Below are positions 58,257-64,000 of a stretch of 64,000 nucleotides of DNA, one piece after another. Origin of the DNA: an uncultured Planctomycetia bacterium (GTDB lineage: Bacteria > Omnitrophota > Gorgyraeia > 1-14-0-20-64-10); contig CAYJWF010000001.1 of assembly GCA_964373805.1 (NCBI GenBank), positions 47,181 to 111,180 on the forward strand, in the 5' to 3' direction. Both the position numbers and the translations under genes were made by a program. The notes beneath the pieces are model-generated. The model was not told the DNA's origin and did no database searches. It saw only the letters and a list, made by a program, of their open reading frames with translations. Position 1 is the first letter of the stretch; the number at the start of each line of letters is the position of its first letter.

Positions 58257-58613
58257 ATGCATGGGGTAATTGTTATGGAAATTTCATGGGCGGTTACTCG
58301 AGAAAAGATTGAGCAGGCTGTTAAGAGGATCATCCGTTTTGAGCAGCCAAGGAGGGTTGTTTTGTTTGGTTCCGCGGCGCATGGCAATGCCACACTTCAC
58401 AGCGACGCGGATATTCTCGTGGTAACCAAGAAGGAAGTGGACAGCTCTCGTAAGGAGAGTGTTCGGATCCGTCGGCAACTACGTGGTATTTCCATGCCAA
58501 TGGACATCCTGGTGATTTCAGAAAATCGCCTAAAGGCATTGGCCGACCATCCCGGACTCATCTATCGGGAGGCCCTGCGGCATGGAAAAGTCCTCTATGA
58601 GGCCGCAGCCTGA
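58257..58613 (+). CDS. nucleotidyltransferase (MNT antitoxin-like)
   Basis: LFGSAAHGNATLHSDADILVV. Confidence 0.7.
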   Translation: MHGVIVMEISWAVTREKIEQAVKRIIRFEQPRRVVLFGSAAHGNATLHSDADILVVTKKEVDSSRKESVRIRRQLRGISMPMDILVISENRLKALADHPGLIYREALRHGKVLYEAAA

Positions 58614-59007
58614 AAAGGGGATTCCGGGATCGCCAAGAGAATGGCTGATCCACGCTGAAAGTGATCTAAAACTGGCCTGCTTGGCCAGAGATTCCGAAGG
58701 TGTTTTACCGGAACAGAGCTGTTTTCACTCCCAGCAGACGGCTGAGAAAGCCTTGAAAGCTGTTCTCCTTTTCAATAAGATCGATTTCCCCCTTACCCAT
58801 GATATCGAAGAGCTACTTGAACTCGGTAAACAAGGAGGTTTAACGCTGCCCTCCCAGATAGAGGAGGTAGGTAGCCTTACTCCCGATGCCGTGGAGGCCC
58901 GCTACCCTGGTCATTTTGAAGAAATTACATCTCCCGACGTTGATGAGGCAATCCGCGTAGCTGAAGTAGTTCTTCAGTGGGCTAGGGAGATCGTTGGAGA
59001 GTCGTAA
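58582..59007 (+). CDS. HEPN-domain protein
   Basis: FHSQQTAEKALKAVL, EARYPGHF HEPN features; overlaps NTase gene. Confidence 0.7.
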   Translation: MEKSSMRPQPEKGIPGSPREWLIHAESDLKLACLARDSEGVLPEQSCFHSQQTAEKALKAVLLFNKIDFPLTHDIEELLELGKQGGLTLPSQIEEVGSLTPDAVEARYPGHFEEITSPDVDEAIRVAEVVLQWAREIVGES

Positions 59008-59025
59008 CCCCGTTAAATCTAAGCT

Positions 59026-60000
59026 ATGGTTTCCAGCCGGTCGCCGTACATCAGGCATCTGTTTGTCTGCGTGAATCAGCGGGATCCCGGTGTGACCTGC
59101 TGTTCTCACACTGGCGGGGAGGCGATCCTGGAGGAGCTTAAAGGCTACGTGAAGGCCAACGGATTACAGGGAAAGGTGCGGGTGAGCAAGTCCGGCTGCA
59201 TGGACCTTTGCGCGCAGGGGCCGAACGTGATGGTGGAGCCGGACCACCGGTGGTACCGCCATGTGATGCTGGAGGATGTGGAGAAGATTATTGAGAAAGA
59301 GCTTAAACCGCTCATGCAAAAGGGGTCAGACCCCTTCTGGTCTCTATCGGTGCCAGGTCTTAGACCTGGCACCGATTTCCCATCTGCCCAGCCGATCCGC
59401 GCCTTTCTCTTTGATCTGGGCAACGTCTTGGTTCAGTTTGACCACCTGCGGGCGGCCGAGCGGATCGCGGCCAACGCGAAGGTAACCCCAGAAGAGCTGT
59501 ACCGGCTGTTCTTTGAGTCTCCCCTGATCATCGAGCACGATGAAGGCAAGATCTCGACCGCCACCTTTTTCGAACGGTTGAAGGCCCAGATTGGGTTATC
59601 CCTGTCTTTTGGAGAATTCTTGGAAATCTGGAATGGGATCTTCACCGAGAATCGGCCGGTCGCCCAATTGGTCCGACGGTTGCTCGCCCAGTACCCCTGT
59701 TATCTCATCTCGAATACCAACCGGCCCCATTTCGAACATTGCGTTGAACGTTATCCGGTGCTCAAGGAGCTCACCGGGCGGATCTTATCCTATGAAGTGG
59801 GGGTGTTGAAGCCGCATCCGAAGATTTATCGCCGGGCATTGGAGCTGGCCCAGATACCGCCTTCCCAGATCTTCTACGTGGACGATCGAGCCGATCTCAT
59901 TGAGGCCGGTCGGTCGATCGGGTTCCAGGTGCATCGGTTTACCGACACCGAGGGACTTCTTTCCGAGTTGAAGGCCAAGGGGATCAACCACGGAGTTTAG
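59026..60000 (+). CDS. fusion ORF: thioredoxin-like [2Fe-2S] ferredoxin domain + HAD-family hydrolase, joined through palindromic repeats
   Basis: N-terminal CxxC...C...C ferredoxin-like (CCSHTGGE...SGCMDLCAQGPNV); C-terminal FLFDLGNVLV...DD HAD motifs; linker KGSDPFWSLSVPGLRPGT encoded by GGGGTCAGACCCC and GGTGCCAGGTC-tta-GACCTGGCACC; possible internal GTG start at 59350. Confidence 0.55.
   Translation: MVSSRSPYIRHLFVCVNQRDPGVTCCSHTGGEAILEELKGYVKANGLQGKVRVSKSGCMDLCAQGPNVMVEPDHRWYRHVMLEDVEKIIEKELKPLMQKGSDPFWSLSVPGLRPGTDFPSAQPIRAFLFDLGNVLVQFDHLRAAERIAANAKVTPEELYRLFFESPLIIEHDEGKISTATFFERLKAQIGLSLSFGEFLEIWNGIFTENRPVAQLVRRLLAQYPCYLISNTNRPHFEHCVERYPVLKELTGRILSYEVGVLKPHPKIYRRALELAQIPPSQIFYVDDRADLIEAGRSIGFQVHRFTDTEGLLSELKAKGINHGV
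59322..59373. repeat. GGGGTCAGACCCC 13-mer plus GGTGCCAGGTC-tta-GACCTGGCACC hairpin inside fusion ORF linker
   Basis: Seen directly at 59322-59334 and 59349-59373. Confidence 0.75.
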
Positions 60001-60009
60001 AGCCGGCTC

Positions 60010-60921
60010 TTAGTACCGTTCGATCTGGTTGAGCAGGATGTAGCTTAGGTAATCCTTTTGGGCGATCAAGCGTAAGGCCCCCTTGCGCCGGCGCCAAAAG
60101 GCGTACAGGCTGATCCGCAGGTTCAAGGCGGCCGCCTCCTCCTTGTAAAAGCGGAGGTAGTAAAGTTCCACCGCCTGACGCTGGGAAGGCGGCAACCCCT
60201 TCACCGTTCCATGGACCCGTTCGTGATGGTAAGGGTTGAGGAACTGGTACGGGACGCATCGAAGATACGAGTAGCCGGTGAGCTTGCGCTGAGCGGGATC
60301 CGGAGGATTCTCCAGGGTCCGGTAGTTTTTCAAAAGGGTGGGCCAAAAGGTCTGCTTGAAAACCCAGCGGAATCCGGTGGTCTCGAAGGGAGGGATCGCG
60401 GCGTAGTTCAAGCCCCGCCGATGCGGGACTCTTCTCGACGGGCCGCTATCGCAGCCAGAAACGTAGAGGAAGAGGCACTCTTTAAAGGTTCGGTAAACAA
60501 TTCTCTGAAAATCGTTCTGGGAGAAGGCGCGGTAGTCTCCTCGGCAGTAAAGCTTCTCCTCCATGGACCGCAGGACAAAACGGCATCCCTCGGTCGAAAG
60601 GAGAAATTCCCAACAGGAAAGGGCCCATTGGATGGCCGGCTGAAACTCGGCCAGCAGCTCTCCATAGGCCTGGCCGAAGCCGGAGCTGTCTTGGGATTGA
60701 TGGGCTTTCGCGGCCTGGGCGACCAGTTTTTGAATGGGGGCTTTTCCCCGCTGAAAGCAGGGAGCCTTCGGCCGCCGAAAGAGCTGAGGCAACCATAGGT
60801 CTAGAGGGGGCGCTTCCTCCTCGACAAAGGAAAAAGGATCCTTCAACAGAATCATTGGACGCCTCGGCGATAACCGCGCATCTTGAAGTAAGTATAGCAC
60901 AGGACCTCCCCTCGTTGACAA
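60010..60921 (-). CDS. protein with sigma-70 region-4-like C-terminal HTH
   Basis: LPPSQRQAVELYYLRFYKEEAAALNLRISLYAFWRRRKGALRL resembles sigma70 r4. Confidence 0.35.
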   Translation of the reverse strand: MSTRGGPVLYLLQDARLSPRRPMILLKDPFSFVEEEAPPLDLWLPQLFRRPKAPCFQRGKAPIQKLVAQAAKAHQSQDSSGFGQAYGELLAEFQPAIQWALSCWEFLLSTEGCRFVLRSMEEKLYCRGDYRAFSQNDFQRIVYRTFKECLFLYVSGCDSGPSRRVPHRRGLNYAAIPPFETTGFRWVFKQTFWPTLLKNYRTLENPPDPAQRKLTGYSYLRCVPYQFLNPYHHERVHGTVKGLPPSQRQAVELYYLRFYKEEAAALNLRISLYAFWRRRKGALRLIAQKDYLSYILLNQIERY

Positions 60922-60958
60922 AAGGCCCGGACCTTCGATAAGCTAGTGAAAACAACCC

Positions 60959-61828
60959 ATGTCGTTGACGAATCCCAATTGGTTTGCCCTCATTAAACTT
61001 CTGGGAGACGACCATCCCCAGGTGGTGGAGACGGTCCACGCCAAGCTTCAGGAGCTGGCCCCCGCCGTGGTTCCCCTTCTGAAACAGGCGGCCGAGTCGA
61101 ACGAGGATCCGAAGGTCCGGTTAGGAGCTCGGGCGGTCTTGGAGAGGATTCGTCTGGCCCAGATCCACCGGGAGTGGGATCGGTTCTCCGGTCTGCCGGA
61201 TGCCCAGCTCAATTTGGAAAAAGGGGTCTTCCTTCTCGCCGGGATTTCCTATCCGGATCTCGACCCGAAGCCTTACCAACTTCGGCTGGACGAGTTGGCC
61301 GATCGGATCCGCCCGGCTTTGAAGGCGGTGATCAAACCGCTGGATCGGCTGAAGGTGATGAACCGCGCCCTGTTCAAAACCGAGAAGTTTCGAGGGAATT
61401 GGGCCGACTATTTTGATCCGGAGAATTGTTATCTTCATCGCGTGCTTGAGCGGAAACTCGGAATTCCGATCAGCCTTTCGGTCCTGTACCTGTTGGTGGC
61501 GGGGAGGCTGGATCTGCCGATCGAGGGGGCCGGCATCCCGGGCCACTTCATGGTGAAGTACAGGGACGGCGAGACCGAGTGTTACGTGGACGTCTTTAAC
61601 GAAGGAAGATTCCTCTCCCGATCGGAATGCGTCCAGTTTATTGTTGAGGCGGGGTATCCGTATCAGGTGGCTTTCCTAGAGGGGATCAACGCCCGGGAGA
61701 TCTTAGCCCGCATGATTCGTAACCTCATCCTGATTTACATGGATCGCCAGGAGAAGTCGTTGGAGCAGACCTTCACTGGATTTCTGAGGATCCTCTATCC
61801 TATCTACAGAACCGAAGCGGAGTCGTAA
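60959..61828 (+). CDS. transglutaminase-like/SirB1 (UPF0162) family protein
   Basis: DYFDPENCYLHRVLERKLGIPISLSVLYLLVAGRLDLPIEGAGIPGHFMV matches SirB1-family core. Confidence 0.6.
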   Translation: MSLTNPNWFALIKLLGDDHPQVVETVHAKLQELAPAVVPLLKQAAESNEDPKVRLGARAVLERIRLAQIHREWDRFSGLPDAQLNLEKGVFLLAGISYPDLDPKPYQLRLDELADRIRPALKAVIKPLDRLKVMNRALFKTEKFRGNWADYFDPENCYLHRVLERKLGIPISLSVLYLLVAGRLDLPIEGAGIPGHFMVKYRDGETECYVDVFNEGRFLSRSECVQFIVEAGYPYQVAFLEGINAREILARMIRNLILIYMDRQEKSLEQTFTGFLRILYPIYRTEAES

Positions 61829-61837
61829 AGGGTAACC

Positions 61838-62671
61838 TTGGGCGCCATCCCCATTCGCATTGGGCATAGCCCGGATCCGGACGATGCCTTTCTCTTTTAC
61901 GCCCTGACCCACGGAAAGCTGGACCTGCCCGGTTTTAGGATGACTCACCTGCTGGAAGGGATCGAGCAACTCAACCAACGGGCCTTGAGTGGGGAACTGG
62001 AGATGACGGCCATCTCCTTGGCCGCCTACCCGTATTGTGCCGATCGGTATCTGCTTCTGACGACCGGAGCCAGCGTCGGGGACCGGGTGGGCCCGATGGT
62101 GGTGGCGAAGGAGGAGCTCTCCCTCGAGACTCTTCAAAAGGTTCCGGTCGCGGTGCCGGGTCGGTTGACCACCGCGACCCTCCTGCTCCAGTTGGCCGTG
62201 GGGCAAATTCAACAGGAAGTTCTCCCTTTCGATCAAATCCTCCCGGCGGTCAAAGAAGGCCGCGCGGCCGCCGGGGTCCTCATCCATGAAGGACAACTGA
62301 CGTACCCCGAGTGGGGATTAAAGAAGGTTCTGGATTTAGGCCAGTGGTGGTGGCAGAAGACCGGGCTTCCGGTTCCTTTAGGGGTGAACGTGATCCGGCG
62401 GGATCTGGGAGCCGCGGTCATCGATCGGCTGAACCGAGCCTTTCGAGAGAGCCTCGGGTACGCCTTCGCCCATCGCGAGGAGGCTTTTTCATACGCCTTG
62501 AAATTTGGACGGGGGCTCGATCGGGATCGAGCCAACTTATTTATCGGGAGGTACGTCAACCGCTTCAGCCTCGATGCCCGATCGGAGGCGGCGGCCGCCA
62601 TGCAGCGGCTCTTGGATTGGGGTGCCGAGGCCGGATTCGTTCCCCATCGGGTCCCGATCGAATTCGTTTGA
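61838..62671 (+). CDS. mqnD: 1,4-dihydroxy-6-naphthoate synthase (futalosine pathway)
   Basis: IGHSPDPDDAFLFYAL N-terminus and overall MqnA/MqnD-family pattern. Confidence 0.6.
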   Translation: MGAIPIRIGHSPDPDDAFLFYALTHGKLDLPGFRMTHLLEGIEQLNQRALSGELEMTAISLAAYPYCADRYLLLTTGASVGDRVGPMVVAKEELSLETLQKVPVAVPGRLTTATLLLQLAVGQIQQEVLPFDQILPAVKEGRAAAGVLIHEGQLTYPEWGLKKVLDLGQWWWQKTGLPVPLGVNVIRRDLGAAVIDRLNRAFRESLGYAFAHREEAFSYALKFGRGLDRDRANLFIGRYVNRFSLDARSEAAAAMQRLLDWGAEAGFVPHRVPIEFV

Positions 62672-62686
62672 AACGGATATCACGCC

Positions 62687-63421
62687 ATGAGACTTAAAGG
62701 AAAGGTGGCGCTGGTCACTGGCGGGGCGAAGCGGGTCGGTCGAGCCATTGCCCTGGGGTTGGCTGGTCGGGGTTGCCGGGTCGCCATCACCTATCGGACG
62801 TCCGAAAAGGAGGCCTGGGCCACGGTCCGGTCGATCCGCCGTCATGGGGCAAAGGGACTGGCCCTCCCGGTCGATCAGCGGGAACCTTTGCAGGTCCGGG
62901 CCGCGGTGAAACAGGTTCTGAAAACCTGGGGGCGAATCGACGTCTTGATCAACAACGCCTCCTCCTTTTATCCGACCCCTTGGGCCGAGGTGACTGAGAC
63001 CCAATGGGAGGATCTGGTATCGACGAATCTCACCGGTCCCTGGCGTTTTGCACAGGCGGTGGCTCCGTTGATGATCCGTGAGCGGGCAGGCAAGATCGTC
63101 AACATCGTGGATACCGCTGCCTTCTCTCCATGGACCGACTATCTTCCCTATTGTGCGGCGAAAGGGGGTCTTGTGACTCTGACGAAAGGATTGGCCAAGG
63201 CGTTGGCGCCGCATGTGCAGGTCAACGCGATCGCCCCTGGGCCCATCCTATTTCCTCCAAAGATGACCAGCCAGGAGAGAGAGCGGGCGATCCGTCGAAC
63301 GCTGCTCAAACGGGTGGGCCATCCAGAGGACATCGTCCAGGCGGTTCTTTTCTTTTTGGAAGGTTCCGATTTCGTGACCGGGACGATCCTCCCCGTGGAC
63401 GGTGGGAGGCTCCTTGCCTGA
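62687..63421 (+). CDS. SDR-family NAD(P)-dependent oxidoreductase
   Basis: [16 protein letters not shown] Rossmann motif, YCAAKGG catalytic YxxxK. Confidence 0.8.
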   Translation: MRLKGKVALVTGGAKRVGRAIALGLAGRGCRVAITYRTSEKEAWATVRSIRRHGAKGLALPVDQREPLQVRAAVKQVLKTWGRIDVLINNASSFYPTPWAEVTETQWEDLVSTNLTGPWRFAQAVAPLMIRERAGKIVNIVDTAAFSPWTDYLPYCAAKGGLVTLTKGLAKALAPHVQVNAIAPGPILFPPKMTSQERERAIRRTLLKRVGHPEDIVQAVLFFLEGSDFVTGTILPVDGGRLLA

Positions 63422-63812
63422 TCCGATTCCTCTCGATGTGGTTGTTGCTGTCATTGAGCGGGAGAGCCGCTACCTCATCACCCAACGTCTGGAAAATGAC
63501 TCCTTCGGTGGATGGTGGGAATTCCCGGGAGGAAAGGTGAATCCTGGAGAATCCCTGGAGGCCGCTGTGGTGCGTGAGATCCAGGAAGAGTTGGGATTAA
63601 CGATTGAAGTGGGTATCCTGTTTCAGGTGATTGAGCACCGCTATCCCGAACGGTTCCTTCGACTCCACTGTTTCGCCTGTCGGATCACGGCAGGAGAGCC
63701 GAAAGCGGTGGAGTGCGCCGCCTGGCGATGGGTGAATCCCGATGAGTTTCGCCAATTCAAATTTCCGCCGGCCAGTGAATCGCTCCTGCGAAAGTTGGAA
63801 AACGGCCGGTGA
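63402..63812 (+). CDS. NUDIX hydrolase (MutT-like)
   Basis: [24 protein letters not shown] Nudix box. Confidence 0.8.
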   Translation: MGGSLPDPIPLDVVVAVIERESRYLITQRLENDSFGGWWEFPGGKVNPGESLEAAVVREIQEELGLTIEVGILFQVIEHRYPERFLRLHCFACRITAGEPKAVECAAWRWVNPDEFRQFKFPPASESLLRKLENGR

Positions 63813-64000
63813 CGAAGCGCAAAGGTTCTTCTCGGGATTCGGAGCGCTATCTTAAAGTAGCGATACGGGCCGCCAGGAAGGCGGGCAAAATTCTCCTGGG
63901 GTCTTTGGGCCGGCTCAAGCGGTCCGATGTGAGCCGAAAGGGAGAATCCGATTGGGTGACCACCATCGATCGCTCCTCGGAAGAGGCGATCATCCGTGTT
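63809..64000 (+). CDS. inositol monophosphatase-family protein (5' part; continues beyond window)
   Basis: GTG start overlapping NUDIX stop; ...[10 protein letters not shown]...[16 protein letters not shown]-terminal IMPase pattern. Confidence 0.6.
   Translation, partial: MTKRKGSSRDSERYLKVAIRAARKAGKILLGSLGRLKRSDVSRKGESDWVTTIDRSSEEAIIRV

Overview
High-GC (~58-60%) bacterial chromosomal segment of housekeeping operons: a suf Fe-S cluster operon (sufS-sufA-Rieske-sufD-sufB-sufC-rrf2) in which SufB carries a 358-aa LAGLIDADG intein; def; leuCD; thyA-folA; complex I split into nuoA-I (+ strand, nuoE/F fused) and nuoJ-N (- strand) around a lower-GC island (aldo/keto reductase, AAA ATPase, AbiEi/AbiEii); a split transketolase; folB/queD/queC; sdhCDAB; mqnD; and several toxin-antitoxin pairs (MazEF, three MNT/HEPN pairs, DUF4258/DUF2283). 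Two things stand out. First, an uninterrupted 8.5-kb ORF (2835 aa) encodes a signal-peptide giant helical/TPR protein that contains, in its middle, a complete DUF1537 acid-sugar kinase plus PdxA dehydrogenase cassette. It is punctuated by a recurring [AT]GLEE pentapeptide that also saturates two small secreted proteins 10 kb upstream and a 42-aa peptide next to a frameshifted nucleotidyltransferase gene. Second, the region carries several families of short palindromic repeats: a ~105-bp element inserted in-frame in sufD and nuoI; 13-bp GGNNNC(A/T)GNNNCC palindromes arranged as hairpins or 60-70-bp MITE-like units, some inserted in-frame in CDSs and at gene-fusion junctions; and a REP-like GTCATTGCGAGGARCGAAGTGACGAAGCAATC family at gene boundaries in the nuo and sdh operons. 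These repeats repeatedly supply start or stop codons or extra in-frame peptide. No rRNA, tRNA or CRISPR arrays were recognised. Checked by hand: all motif coordinates in the AGLEE and tandem-duplication findings, and the boundaries of the palindromic-element features. All other feature coordinates follow the ORF track.
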